Assembly: GCA_963705255.1 (NCBI GenBank)
Contig: OY970061.1
Span: 1,952,001-2,016,000, forward strand
From: an uncultured Methanoregulaceae archaeon
GTDB lineage: Archaea; Halobacteriota; Methanomicrobia; Methanomicrobiales; Methanospirillaceae
Direction of reading: 5' to 3'
Length of the DNA: 64,000 bases
Shown here: piece after piece, positions 1 through 9,813 of the stretch
Numbering within the stretch: the first letter of the stretch is position 1
Layout: every line of letters starts with the position of its first letter
The notes under the pieces: generated by a model
Database searches by the model: none
Seen by the model: only the letters and a program-made list of their open reading frames with translations
Told to the model about the DNA's origin: nothing
Made by a program: the position numbers and the translations under genes

Positions 1-2033
1 TTCATCGCAGAGCTGTAGACATTCTGCCAGAGAGGGTTCCTCACGCCAATATCCTGGTATTGCCGTGTAAACAGGATCTGGCTTTTGATCACCTCGCTCG
101 CCTGCATCGCCTTTTCAATCAGCTTTCTGGCATCAGGATCCGTGATTATTTCTTCGGTCAGCCCCAGATATCCATGGAGCCCGGTCAGCTGGTTGAGGAT
201 GTCGTGCCGGGTGATGACTGAGAGCAGGTTGAGTTTTTTGTTCGCCTCGAAGAGTGCCTGGTCAGTGCGCTTGCGCTCGGTGATGTCCCTCCCCACGGAC
301 TGGAACTCCACCGCCATACCGTTTTCATCGAATACGGCGCGATCCGACCACTGCTGCCAGCGGATCCCGCCGTCCGGCATCCGGATCCGGTGTTCGATAG
401 TCGCCACCGGCTGAGACGGTGTTATGGAAGAGAAATGCGCTTTGACAATCCCCATATCTTCTTTCGGAATCTCGGGCGGGCACAGAGCGCCGACAAGTTC
501 TTTCCGGCTCTTCCCGAAATACCGGCAATACGCATCGTTGACGAACGTGAGTTTCCCATCCGGCGTGAACCGGCAGATGAACTCCGTCTGGTCCTCGACA
601 ACGTTCCTGTACCGTTCCTCACTCCGGCGGAGTGCCTGTTCGCTTTTGCTGAGCTCGTCGTAGTTCTGGCGCAGCTCTTCCTCGGTCGCGGTCAGCTGCT
701 CGTATGCTGCATTCAGGTCTTCATAGACGAGTCGCAGCTTCTCTTCCGCGACCATGCGATCGGTCGTATCCCTGCCGACCGACTGGAATTCAACGATCCG
801 GCCATTCGCATCGAAGACTGCACGGTCGCTCCAGCGCTGGTAGCGCACCTCACCGGAAGGCATGATGATCCGATGTTCGATAATACCAACGGTGTTTTCA
901 GGAGTGAACGCCGAAAGGTGTTGTTTCATCAGCTGCAGGTCTTCGGGGGGAATGACAACCGTGTGTTTCGTCCCGATACATGCGGTTTTGTCGAGACCGA
1001 AATACCGGCAGTACGCATCGTTGACGAACGTGAGTTTGCCGTCGGGCGTGAACCGGCAGATGAACTCTGTCTGGTCCTCGACAACGTTCCGGTACCGCTC
1101 CTCGCTTCGGCGGAGTGCCTGTTCGCTTTTGCTGAGCTCGTCGTAGTTCTGGCGCAGCTCTTCCTCGGTTGCAGTCAGCTGTTCATATGCTGCATGCAGA
1201 TCCTCGTTCATGCGGTTCAGTTTTTCTTCCGCTTCCTTTCGTTCGGTGACATCCCGGAGAGCAACGATTGCACCGATTACACGGCCCTGCGTGTCATAGA
1301 GCGGGGAAGCGACGAGCCAGAGGTGCGCCCCCCTCCCATTATAAACGGCAGGGCTGTGGAACTCTGACGTGATTTTATCCCCTTTCCTTTCCGTGCTAGA
1401 AGCCTGTGATTCATTCGTCCTGTCATTGTTCATGACGAGATCCACGATGTGGGGGATCTTCCCCCCATAACAGGTGATGGCCCGGGAATAGTCCCCGGTT
1501 CCAACGATCGATTCCTTCGGAATCCCGGTAATCTCCTCCATCGTCCTGTTCCAGGCTATCACTTTGTTGCTCTGGTCGATAACGAACATCGCGTCCGGAA
1601 GGAAATTGATGATATCTGCCATCCGCTGCTGCGATTCCTTCAGCTCGTCCTGCATCCGTTTCCGTTCAATGGCGTTCTTGAGCTTATATTCAAGTTCGAC
1701 GAACTGGGATGTCGGTTCGCCGCCTTTCTGGAGATAGAAGTCTGCACCGCTGTTCAGTGCCTCGATTGCAACTTCTTCCCTGCCCCTTCCGGTGAAAAGG
1801 ATGAAAGGGAGGTTCTTGTGACGCGCCCGGATAAGGCGCAGGAACTCGATGCCGTCCATGCCGGGCATCTGGTAATCGGAAATGATTCCGGCATAGTCCT
1901 GATGCTGCATCTTCTCCAGCGCTTCTCTGGCAGACGTAGCGGTATAAACCTGAAGATGGCCTGAAAGTTCAAGATAGGTTTTACCGAGATCCAGAAGGGC
2001 TGGTTCATCGTCAACGTAGAGCACATCAGGCAT
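1..2033 (-). CDS. REC-PAS-PAS-PAS-HisKA hybrid histidine kinase, 3' end outside the window
   Basis: Manual translation from ATG 2033 gives MPDVLYVDDEPALLDLGKTYLE...ISDYQMPGMDGIEFL (REC), PAS repeats, then KLNLLSVITRHDILNQL (H-box) in the same frame. It is missing from the ORF track because there is no stop in the window. Confidence 0.9.
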   Translation of the reverse strand, partial: MPDVLYVDDEPALLDLGKTYLELSGHLQVYTATSAREALEKMQHQDYAGIISDYQMPGMDGIEFLRLIRARHKNLPFILFTGRGREEVAIEALNSGADFYLQKGGEPTSQFVELEYKLKNAIERKRMQDELKESQQRMADIINFLPDAMFVIDQSNKVIAWNRTMEEITGIPKESIVGTGDYSRAITCYGGKIPHIVDLVMNNDRTNESQASSTERKGDKITSEFHSPAVYNGRGAHLWLVASPLYDTQGRVIGAIVALRDVTERKEAEEKLNRMNEDLHAAYEQLTATEEELRQNYDELSKSEQALRRSEERYRNVVEDQTEFICRFTPDGKLTFVNDAYCRYFGLDKTACIGTKHTVVIPPEDLQLMKQHLSAFTPENTVGIIEHRIIMPSGEVRYQRWSDRAVFDANGRIVEFQSVGRDTTDRMVAEEKLRLVYEDLNAAYEQLTATEEELRQNYDELSKSEQALRRSEERYRNVVEDQTEFICRFTPDGKLTFVNDAYCRYFGKSRKELVGALCPPEIPKEDMGIVKAHFSSITPSQPVATIEHRIRMPDGGIRWQQWSDRAVFDENGMAVEFQSVGRDITERKRTDQALFEANKKLNLLSVITRHDILNQLTGLHGYLGLTEEIITDPDARKLIEKAMQASEVIKSQILFTRQYQDIGVRNPLWQNVYSSAM
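516..1193. repeat. Intragenic duplication of a coiled-coil + PAS module, 483-bp period
   Basis: About 516-710 is highly similar to about 999-1193, including the identical stretch CGGAGTGCCTGTTCGCTTTTGCTGAGCTCGTCGTAGTTCTGGCGCAGCTCTTCCTCGGT. Confidence 0.85.
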
Positions 2034-2224
2034 GGTAATTTCCGGGAATGCGAAATAGACATATTAGTGTACCCATATAAAAAAAGATCGATTTTCTCCG
2101 ATGTCGAAAATATAGGTTTTCCGGGCTTTTTCACGATTAAAAAATTCCAGATGCCAATCCTTAATTTTCTGACCACGAACAGGAAATCAGGACACTGGAA
2201 TCGGGATACGGGAGTCCCGACCCT

Positions 2225-2500
2225 CTTCACAAACAACACCGCCTTTCATGACAAAATCCACGCTTTCCGTGACCACGATATCCTCAAAGGGATCCCCGGC
2301 ATGGCGACGATATCAGCAGATCTTCCCGGGGTAAGTACGCCAATGTCGTCCCTCTGCAGGAGTTCTGCAGCCATGCCCGTCGCCGCCCGGAGCGTCCTGA
2401 CAGGGGGTTCCCATTGGTCACCATCTCACCAAACTCCCGTGCCCCGTTTGTCCGGTACGAGAAGATCCCCAAGTCCGTCCCGAAGACTGTCTTCACTGAG
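2225..2500 (-). pseudogene. C-terminal fragment of a metal-dependent amidohydrolase
   Basis: Across frameshifts it reads VFGTDLGIFSYRTNGAREFGEMV / TLRAATGMAAELLQRDDIGVLTPGRSADIVAMPG / DPFEDIVVTESVDFVMKGGVV, a typical amidohydrolase C-terminus. No N-terminal part is visible. Confidence 0.65.
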
Positions 2501-3223
2501 CCCCACATTCAAGAAAGTCATCCAGTGCCGTATGGTTCTCTTCTCTCATCAGTCCACTCCGGAATTATCGGTACTTTGTTCCCCGGGTTAACGCAGGACA
2601 GGATAACCCATCCGTAACGGGATGGATGAAGGATACAACAAAGAGCGCGCCTTCATACGAACAGGAGATGGAGGATAGCAAGACGCGAAAAGATCCGTTC
2701 CTGGATATTCGTCGGTATCTGACGCCGGATCAGGGAAAAAAGGAATTTTAATCATGCTCTTTTCCTGATAAGGAGCATTGTACCGCAGATCCTGATCGCT
2801 GAGATGCTATGATAAGTGTTTTAATCTGTTGTATATGTGCTCGTGATATTATCACATCGGTAGTCTCGATACAAAACCATATGCCGGATAGGCTCGAACT
2901 CAACGGAAAATATGCATTCGACGCCCTTACCGGGATCATAAGGGTAGCGAGGCCAATCAATAGAATCCCAGCCATCGACAGAGTACCGTTGTTACTCTGT
3001 GACAGTATGAGCCATTATCGATTCTAGTACTGGCGAGAAAAAGCCGCATAATCAGGGCCGGTGCTTTGACTATTTTGGTTCTTTGGCGTACTGCCGGGAA
3101 TCCCATTTACCGGCGACTAATCACCGATAGTATTCTCTTTCGGCCCGTGAGTCATTGCAAAAATATTATAATAACCTGCTTCATAGGTAACATATATAAA
3201 ATAAGAAAAATTGAGTGATGGAT

Positions 3224-3808
3224 ATGGCAGAAAATCTCACTGAAAGAACTCCGCAGAAGCGGGAATACCCTGATGATGAGCGGGCGAGGATCCGACAGAT
3301 CGGGTATTACACGATCTGCTTCATCATAGTCCTCGCAGGGATCGCGATTATGACACGGCTCTACCCCGCAGGGCTTGATGACATGACCAAACTGATCATT
3401 TACGTGGCCTGTTCCGGCGGTCTAGGAGGGCTTGCTTTCAGCATATACGGGTATACCAAGCACCTCCTGAAGAACGACTTCAACCTCAACGCAGTCTGGT
3501 GGTATATCATGCGCCCCTTCATCGGCATTGTCTACGGTTCTTTTGCATTTTTTTTTATTGCCGGTGGGCTCATGACATTATCCGGAACCAGCCAGCCCGT
3601 GGCCGAAACCCTGTTCACGACAAAAACCGTCATGTTCTACTGTGCACTGGCGTTCCTGACCGGGTATTCCGAGTCATCATTTACTGCCCAGCTCAAGGAA
3701 CTGGCGGAAGCTGTTTTCAAAACTCCAGAGAATAACCAGACCGGTACGCCGCCGGAGAGTACAGGGTACTGGCAGTACAAATTCGACGGATCAGTTATCA
3801 GCGGGTAA
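3224..3808 (+). CDS. Hypothetical multi-pass membrane protein
   Basis: About four hydrophobic helices, with motifs GGLGGLAF, WWYIMRPFIG and AFLTGYSE; AT-rich promoter-like sequence upstream. Confidence 0.8.
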   Translation: MAENLTERTPQKREYPDDERARIRQIGYYTICFIIVLAGIAIMTRLYPAGLDDMTKLIIYVACSGGLGGLAFSIYGYTKHLLKNDFNLNAVWWYIMRPFIGIVYGSFAFFFIAGGLMTLSGTSQPVAETLFTTKTVMFYCALAFLTGYSESSFTAQLKELAEAVFKTPENNQTGTPPESTGYWQYKFDGSVISG

Positions 3809-3963
3809 GTAAGAATTTCCCTGCCTCCTCCTTTTCGCCATGAACGGGCAGGTTGCGATCCTGCCGGTTGCATGCATCAGATACTGCCGGTCTTCCTGAA
3901 TTCCCTGAAAATATAATGGTTATTATACGACAGGATTTTATTTTCCGCGCTCCGACCCTGATC

Positions 3964-4812
3964 ATGGCCCGGCAGGAGCATGTCCACATCATCAGCGCAG
4001 GAGAGAACATCTACCCGTCCTATGCTGCAACCGTCCGCGACTATCCGGACATCACGCAGACGTTCGTCTTTGCCGATACGGAGCTCTATACCAACAGCCT
4101 CCGGGACGAAGGCGCTCTCCGCGAACAGAAAGAGGCGGCCCGGAAAGAGGTGATAAAAGTCAAATCCCTCTCGGCAACGCTTGCGATCCCTGCCTCGCTC
4201 GTGTACGTCGTACCACCGGCTGACGTGTCCGCACGCGATGCTGTCATGAAGATCCGGAAGGAGCATCCTGGCGCAAAGTTCTCGTTCGATCTCACGGCCG
4301 GATCGAAAGATCTTTCCATGGCCCTCTTCGCCATCTCGCTCTGGGTAGGCGGGAACGCGTTCTATGCGTTTGGCGGGCGGAAGAAGGGGGCAGAGAACGC
4401 AAAACTTGCGGTGCCGAAGATACCTGCGGTGAACGTGGCTGCAAACCCGAACTATATCCGGATCCTCCAGACCCTTGCACGCATACCGGGAAAACAGGAG
4501 GCTTTGGGCAGGGTGCTGCCCCGTCATTATATTTTCACTCAGCTGGAATCCTTCTATGTGCCGGTGCGGAAGAAGGGGGTGAACGTCATCCCGAATGTCA
4601 CCGGCAAGACCGACGTGAACACAGGAAAGAAGGCCATTATACCCAGGCTCAGCCAGGGGACGCTATCAAGCCTGCTCAATACTCTTGCGAGCTGGGATAT
4701 GATCCGGGAAGTACCCGGCCCGGATACCGGCAGGAAAGAAAAATACTACCGGATCACTCCCAATGGTGAGCTCGTATTGCAGCTCACCGAGATCAAACCG
4801 CGAAACGGGTGA
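3964..4812 (+). CDS. CARF-like Rossmann domain + winged-HTH regulator (DUF6293/Csa3-like architecture)
   Basis: N-terminal HVHIISAG strand, FDLTAGSK (resembles the CARF D-x-T-G-G-x-K motif), and C-terminal LSQGTLSSLLNTLASWDMI...YYRITPNG wHTH. Confidence 0.7.
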   Translation: MARQEHVHIISAGENIYPSYAATVRDYPDITQTFVFADTELYTNSLRDEGALREQKEAARKEVIKVKSLSATLAIPASLVYVVPPADVSARDAVMKIRKEHPGAKFSFDLTAGSKDLSMALFAISLWVGGNAFYAFGGRKKGAENAKLAVPKIPAVNVAANPNYIRILQTLARIPGKQEALGRVLPRHYIFTQLESFYVPVRKKGVNVIPNVTGKTDVNTGKKAIIPRLSQGTLSSLLNTLASWDMIREVPGPDTGRKEKYYRITPNGELVLQLTEIKPRNG

Positions 4813-4813
4813 G

Positions 4814-4867
4814 TGAGATGTACATTTGATAGTCAAATGTACAATTGATTATCAAATGTACATCTGA
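4814..4867. repeat. Three tandem 16-bp palindromes (consensus TCAAATGTACATTTGA), 19-bp period
   Basis: TGAGATGTACATTTGA-tag-TCAAATGTACAATTGA-tta-TCAAATGTACATCTGA. Confidence 0.9.
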
Positions 4868-5097
4868 CAAAAGATCCATGAGCTCACGCCGGACGAATTC
4901 GTTGAAGGGGGTAGGGGTACCCCCACAAGGACATGGTGAGGGGCGGGCATTTTTTCACGCGGATGGACGGGACCCCCGGGGGGTGAGGGGTCCTGAGGGG
5001 AATACATAAGGGGCCTTGACGCAAGCGGCGTGAACGCATACAAAACGCATTTGTTGCACAGAAACAACTCGTATATCCGGAATGGGCGTTACCCGGC

Positions 5098-5745
5098 TCA
5101 CCGGGCTTTTCCCAGCCTCACCCCCAGTTCAAACGCCCGCCTGCAGTCCTGAGGGAAGACGGTTCTGCGTCGTACCTTCCGCTCCTCCGGGTCGAAATAA
5201 CTGAAGACTACCTTTTCATAGTCCTCGAACTGGAGGGTCTCGAAGGAGAAGAGGGATTCGGCATGTCCGAACGTGCGGTTCAGAACGTTTTCATTCAGAC
5301 CGGTATGCACGGTATAATGGTACTCCTTCATCAGCTGTTCCGATACGTTCATCGTGTAAATGAACGCGGTCCGGATCTTTTCCTTGAAAAGGGACGAGGG
5401 GGGGCTGGTGTACGCGAGGTACGGGAAGAGGAGCCGCTCCATGAAGCACCGCATCATGCCGGTCACTGTCCCGAAATAGATGGGGGAGCCGAGTATGAGG
5501 GCATCAACATCCGGTATCTCTTCAAGAACGGGGGTCAGCCCGTCCTGCACGGCACATTTCCCGTAGCTCTTCCCGCCTTTCAGTTTGCATGCAAAGCAGC
5601 TGGTGCAGCCGGTGTAGTCCAAGTCATAGAGGTGGACCAGTTCTGTTTCTGCTCCCTGAGAGCCTGCACCGTCAAGGGTGTTCCGGAGCAGGGTCGCGGT
5701 ATTCCACGTCTTTCTCGGGCTTCCGTTGATTGCAAGAACTTTCAT
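5098..5745 (-). CDS. Flavodoxin-fold NADPH-dependent FMN reductase / iron-sulfur flavoprotein
   Basis: INGSPRKTWNT, CxxCxxC...C and GSPIYFG motifs. Confidence 0.9.
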   Translation of the reverse strand: MKVLAINGSPRKTWNTATLLRNTLDGAGSQGAETELVHLYDLDYTGCTSCFACKLKGGKSYGKCAVQDGLTPVLEEIPDVDALILGSPIYFGTVTGMMRCFMERLLFPYLAYTSPPSSLFKEKIRTAFIYTMNVSEQLMKEYHYTVHTGLNENVLNRTFGHAESLFSFETLQFEDYEKVVFSYFDPEERKVRRRTVFPQDCRRAFELGVRLGKAR

Positions 5746-5782
5746 GGTCGTGTTCCTTCCTGTTTTCTCAGGTGCTGCAGGT

Positions 5783-6610
5783 TTACTGCCACGTTACCTC
5801 AAGGGGTTTCCGGCGGGGGATCCCGTAGATTTTGTACTGCGGGTGGCCGAACATCATCGCATAGGCGCATTTCCGTCCGGCGGGGATTCCAATCTCCTTC
5901 CAGAGGGGCTCAGAGGATGCTGCAGCCATTGCGACAAAACCGGCCCAGCAGGTCCCGATGCCAAATGCCGGGGCAGCGATATCGACGTGGGTGAGGGCGA
6001 TGATGGCATCCACGGATGCAACCGGGTTGCCATCCGGTATGTGGGCGAAGAGGAGGTGCGGGGCGCCGCGGCAGATGACGTCGCGTCCGCTGTCCCATGC
6101 CCGGATCAGGGTCGGAATATAGCCGCTCATCGGGTGGTCCGTGTTCTGCAGGGTCTTCATCCACCCGATGGTCAGCCCGGCGATCTTTTTCACCTTTTTT
6201 GAGTCATGCACGACAATCCACTGCACCGGCTGCCCGTTGCCTCCCGAGGGGGCATACCGGGCAATATCAAGGATCTCAAGGATCGTTTCCTTTGGCACTG
6301 AATCTTTGGTGAAGTGGCGCACGGACCGGCGTTTCCTGAGGTAGGAGGCCATGTCCCAGGAGGAGATCGTTCCGGCAACGCCCGGGAGGGGCACCTTCTC
6401 ATCCGGGCGGTCGTTCAGGAGGAGGGCCTGCGTGGGGCAGGAGACCTCGCAGTGACCGCACCGGATACACATGCCGGCGACAGCATCGTTCACTGCCGGC
6501 AGGGTGTTCTCATCGGCGGGGGTAACAATCGCCACCGGGCAGACGACGGAGCAGATCCCACAGCGGTTGCAGAGATCCTGGTCAACAAGTATCGTGGTCA
6601 TGGGGGTCAC
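5783..6610 (-). CDS. Nitroreductase with N-terminal 2x[4Fe-4S] ferredoxin domain
   Basis: Two CxxCxxCxxxCP motifs, RRSVRHF, APSGGNGQP and GIGTCW. Confidence 0.92.
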   Translation of the reverse strand: MTPMTTILVDQDLCNRCGICSVVCPVAIVTPADENTLPAVNDAVAGMCIRCGHCEVSCPTQALLLNDRPDEKVPLPGVAGTISSWDMASYLRKRRSVRHFTKDSVPKETILEILDIARYAPSGGNGQPVQWIVVHDSKKVKKIAGLTIGWMKTLQNTDHPMSGYIPTLIRAWDSGRDVICRGAPHLLFAHIPDGNPVASVDAIIALTHVDIAAPAFGIGTCWAGFVAMAAASSEPLWKEIGIPAGRKCAYAMMFGHPQYKIYGIPRRKPLEVTWQ

Positions 6611-6637
6611 TCCATAGATTTGTAGTCGGGCATACGG

Positions 6638-7243
6638 TCAGCATTTTTTCCTCTTTTTAGGCACAGGTTCCGCCTTTTTCAGCATTGCAAGAAGCCATGC
6701 CATGGTTGCCCCGGTATCCCGTGCCCAGGCCAGGCCTTCCTCATCATTCATAACGTCCCCGATGTTCCTCCCCACCCCGATGGGAGGCAGGCCCGGGACG
6801 ACCATGCCGCCGATCAGCAGGAAATGGAGGAGCGAGTCGAGGGTATGCACGGCCCCGGCACGCCGGACAGAAACCACTGCGGAACCCGCCTTGCGCCGGA
6901 ACAGGCCGCCGTTAGCCATCGAGACGAAGCCGGCCCGGTCTATCAGGGCCTTCATCTCGGCAGTGACATCCATGAAATAGACCGGGGAGCCAAGAATAAT
7001 TCCGTCCGAAGCGGCCATCTTCGCGATACACTCGTTCACGATGTCGTCATCGATGACGCACCGCCTGTCCCGGTTCTCGAAGCATTTCATGCAGGCAGTG
7101 CACCCGCGGATCTTCTTGCCGCCGACCTGCACGAGTTCCGTCGTGATCCCTTCCTTTTCGAGTTCCTGCAGCACCTGGCGTATCAGGAGACTGGTGTTCC
7201 CTTCCGGCCGCGGGCTCCCATTGAATGCAACAACTTTTGTCAT
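6638..7243 (-). CDS. Iron-sulfur flavoprotein (Isf/flavodoxin family)
   Basis: FNGSPRPEGNT, CTACMKC...C and GSPVYF. Confidence 0.9.
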   Translation of the reverse strand: MTKVVAFNGSPRPEGNTSLLIRQVLQELEKEGITTELVQVGGKKIRGCTACMKCFENRDRRCVIDDDIVNECIAKMAASDGIILGSPVYFMDVTAEMKALIDRAGFVSMANGGLFRRKAGSAVVSVRRAGAVHTLDSLLHFLLIGGMVVPGLPPIGVGRNIGDVMNDEEGLAWARDTGATMAWLLAMLKKAEPVPKKRKKC

Positions 7244-7247
7244 CTCA

Positions 7248-7812
7248 TCACTCCCTAACCAGATTCTTCCCGGCACACCATGCATCACCGGCATACTTCC
7301 CGAGTGTCCAGTAGCGGTTGTCGGGCATCGTCAGGATGAGCGGGTCGATCTTCGGGAAATCCGGCTTCCCGTCCTTCATCACCCTGCCATCCGCATATGC
7401 TCCTGCAATTTCACCGATGAAAAGCGTATTGGTCGGCAGGGGGACAGTCTGGACAAGCCGGGCATTCGAGCGAGACCGGGCATTCCCTGATCATCGGGGC
7501 TGTCTTCAGCGGACCGTAAAACACCTCAAACACCCGGGACTTGTCGGTCACCGCACCGGATACGAGACCACAGTAGTCGGTCTTCTCGAGAAGGTCCGAT
7601 GAGGGAATATTCACCGAGAACGTCTTTGTCTCCGTTATCCCTTTCGGAGTGTAATGGTGGTTTCCGATCCCGCAGACTATCATCGGCGGGTTCGCGTTCG
7701 CCCGGGCACACCAGCCCACGGTCATGAAGTTGTCTTTTCCGTTCACCTGTGTTCCCACGAGAACGACAGGCATCGGGATGAAAAAGTTCTGTCCGATCGG
7801 TTTCTTATCCAT
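7248..7812 (-). CDS. Flavin reductase / flavoredoxin family protein (one frameshift near 7460)
   Basis: PMPVVLVG...FSVNIPS...DYCGLVSG...APMIRECPVSLEC continues in another frame as RLVQTVPLPTNTLFIGEI...YWTLGKYAGDAW. Confidence 0.85.
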
Positions 7813-7948
7813 AACTTTTTCCTCACCCCCTCCTCTGCGGAGGCTCCCTGACAGGAGGTCACAAACAGCAGAATACTTGTTATTTTTCTGCAAGGGCACT
7901 TTAAGCCATTAGATTAAAATCTGCTTTAACTGAATATATAGGATATAC

Positions 7949-7969
7949 AAGTAAAATAGTAACATACTT
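7949..7969. promoter_or_regulatory. Candidate HxlR-family operator AAGTA-N11-TACTT in the divergent promoter region
   Basis: Short inverted repeat just upstream of the HxlR-family gene. Confidence 0.3.
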
Positions 7970-7983
7970 TCATTGGGGTAACC

Positions 7984-8361
7984 ATGATCTACACGAAGAA
8001 TAGGAAGACCTTTCACTGCCCGGTTGAGGTTGCCCTGGATGTGATCGGGGGCAAGTGGAAACCCCTTATCCTCTGGGCCCTCGGGGACAATGTGCTGAGG
8101 TTCAACGAGCTGCAGAAGGGCCTGCCGGGCGTCAATACCAAGATGCTGACGAAGCAGCTTCGCGAGCTTGAGGGGGATGGCGTGATCCGTAGGACGGTCT
8201 ATCCTGAGGTACCGCCGCGGGTGGAGTACGCCATCACGGATTTCGGCCGGACCCTTATCCCGATCCTGCAGGCACTCTGCACCTGGGGGGCCCATTATCT
8301 TGGGATCGAGGATGCGTCCCCGTACCAGTGCCCAGCGAAAACGGGCAGGACTAAGCGATAA
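7984..8361 (+). CDS. HxlR-family transcriptional regulator with N-terminal Cys
   Basis: CPVEVALDVIGGKWK...RFNEL...KMLTKQLRELE...PPRVEY. Confidence 0.95.
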   Translation: MIYTKNRKTFHCPVEVALDVIGGKWKPLILWALGDNVLRFNELQKGLPGVNTKMLTKQLRELEGDGVIRRTVYPEVPPRVEYAITDFGRTLIPILQALCTWGAHYLGIEDASPYQCPAKTGRTKR

Positions 8362-8362
8362 T

Positions 8363-9076
8363 ATGGATTCGATCATCTCGCGTATCCGTAAAGACCTCGC
8401 CGAAAGTGCAGACCCGAAGACCCGGCAGAACTTCCAGCGTTTCTTCAAAGAAGAGATACGGTATTACGGCGTCAAAGTGCCGGCCGTCAATAAAATCGCG
8501 AACAGGTACTGGAAGGAGATAAGATCCTTGGACAAGCAGGAGATCTTCGCACTCTGTGAGGAATTGTATCTGTCCGGCTATTGCGAGGAGGCGTTTGTTG
8601 TCTCCACATGGGCCCCGAAACTTGCTGCCAGGTACGAACCTTCCGATATCGCGGTATTCCGGTACTGGATCGACACGTACATCACCAACTGGGCGACATG
8701 CGACGCATTCTGTAACCACACGATGGGCGACTTCATTGAACAGTTCCCGGAATATATTGACGAACTGAAACGCTGGACGAAGTCGGGGAACCGCTGGATG
8801 CGGCGGGCGGTTGCGGTATCGCTGATCGTCCCGGCAAAGCACGGGAAATTCCTGAACGAGGCCATAGGGATTGCCGACCTGCTGCTGACCGACAGCGAGG
8901 ATATGGTGCAGAAGGGCTACGGGTGGCTCCTCAAGGAGGCGAGCCGGAACCATACAGACGAGATCTTTACCTATGTCATGCGGAACAGAAGGGTGATGCC
9001 CCGGACAGCGCTGCGGTACGCGATCGAGCTGATGCCAAAAGAGATGAAATCCGAGGCAATGAAGAGGGACTGGTAA
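8363..9076 (+). CDS. DNA alkylation repair protein (AlkD-like)
   Basis: YGVKVP, ITNWATCD, WMRRA, VQKGYGWLLKE and MPRTALRYAIE. Confidence 0.9.
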   Translation: MDSIISRIRKDLAESADPKTRQNFQRFFKEEIRYYGVKVPAVNKIANRYWKEIRSLDKQEIFALCEELYLSGYCEEAFVVSTWAPKLAARYEPSDIAVFRYWIDTYITNWATCDAFCNHTMGDFIEQFPEYIDELKRWTKSGNRWMRRAVAVSLIVPAKHGKFLNEAIGIADLLLTDSEDMVQKGYGWLLKEASRNHTDEIFTYVMRNRRVMPRTALRYAIELMPKEMKSEAMKRDW

Positions 9077-9279
9077 TATAGGGACGGTATATCACCGGAT
9101 TATCCGGTAACTGTCACAAAGAAAAACCTGGGCCGTGTTCACAGCATCGCGGGTTCGGTTAACCGGGTTTTCACCATGAACCATCCGTTACAATTCACGA
9201 TGAAAAGCAGATCCCGGGCCGGAAATAACGGATGCCGGGGAGGGTGATCCCCCTCAGGCACGACATTGAAAACAGCCCT

Positions 9280-9390
9280 TTATTCCATATGGTCGACCCA
9301 GAAACCGTGGATGTTGCAGGAGATCCTTACGTTCTCTACGTGGCTGATGTCCACACAGAACTCTTTTCCGGAGTGAGCTCAATCGCTTCA
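9280..9390 (-). pseudogene. Possible remnant of a superoxide reductase (desulfoferrodoxin) C-terminus
   Basis: Short frame EFCVDISHVENVRISCNIHGFW resembles the CNxHGLW motif; no intact N-terminus. Confidence 0.25.
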
Positions 9391-9441
9391 TGCCCTGGTT
9401 CTACAGAACCCGTTTCCCCTTCCTTGAAGAAACCGGGTATT

Positions 9442-9813
9442 TTACCGGATTTGTGTCACCCTCTGTTGTACAAGATCGATGAGATCCCCGAGACCTGCAC
9501 ACCGGTTGATCTCTTCGGTGCTGATAAAGAGCCGCAGCTCGCTGCCGGCCTGGAGAAGCACGACAGGAAACTTCAGGGCCCGGGGGCCGAACTCGGAGGA
9601 GAATTCGTTGCGGTTCAGGAACCGGGCCGGGATGCCCAGATCGCGGATGAAACGCTTCCACTCCTTCTTCATGCCAATGGGACTGTAGGTGAGGGAGTAC
9701 AGGGAGCAGCCATCCCCTCCCGAGGCCGCCGCACGGCTGGCATAATCCTTGATCTTCGGTAGCACTCCGCTGTCGCTGTTAAAGATAAAAATGAGAGTCC
9801 TCTCAAGCGGCAT
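9442..9813 (-). CDS. Conserved hypothetical protein
   Basis: LIFIFNSDSG...CSLYSLTYSPIGMKKEW...FPVV; looks like a natural protein. Confidence 0.7.
   Translation of the reverse strand: MPLERTLIFIFNSDSGVLPKIKDYASRAAASGGDGCSLYSLTYSPIGMKKEWKRFIRDLGIPARFLNRNEFSSEFGPRALKFPVVLLQAGSELRLFISTEEINRCAGLGDLIDLVQQRVTQIR

Noticed and set aside
390-1964. Plus-strand ORFs 390-1367 and 1449-1964
   Set aside because: In-register antisense shadows of the minus-strand hybrid kinase.
4814-4867. Mini-CRISPR interpretation of the palindrome array
   Set aside because: Repeats are 16 bp with 3-bp spacers and there are no cas genes; not CRISPR geometry.
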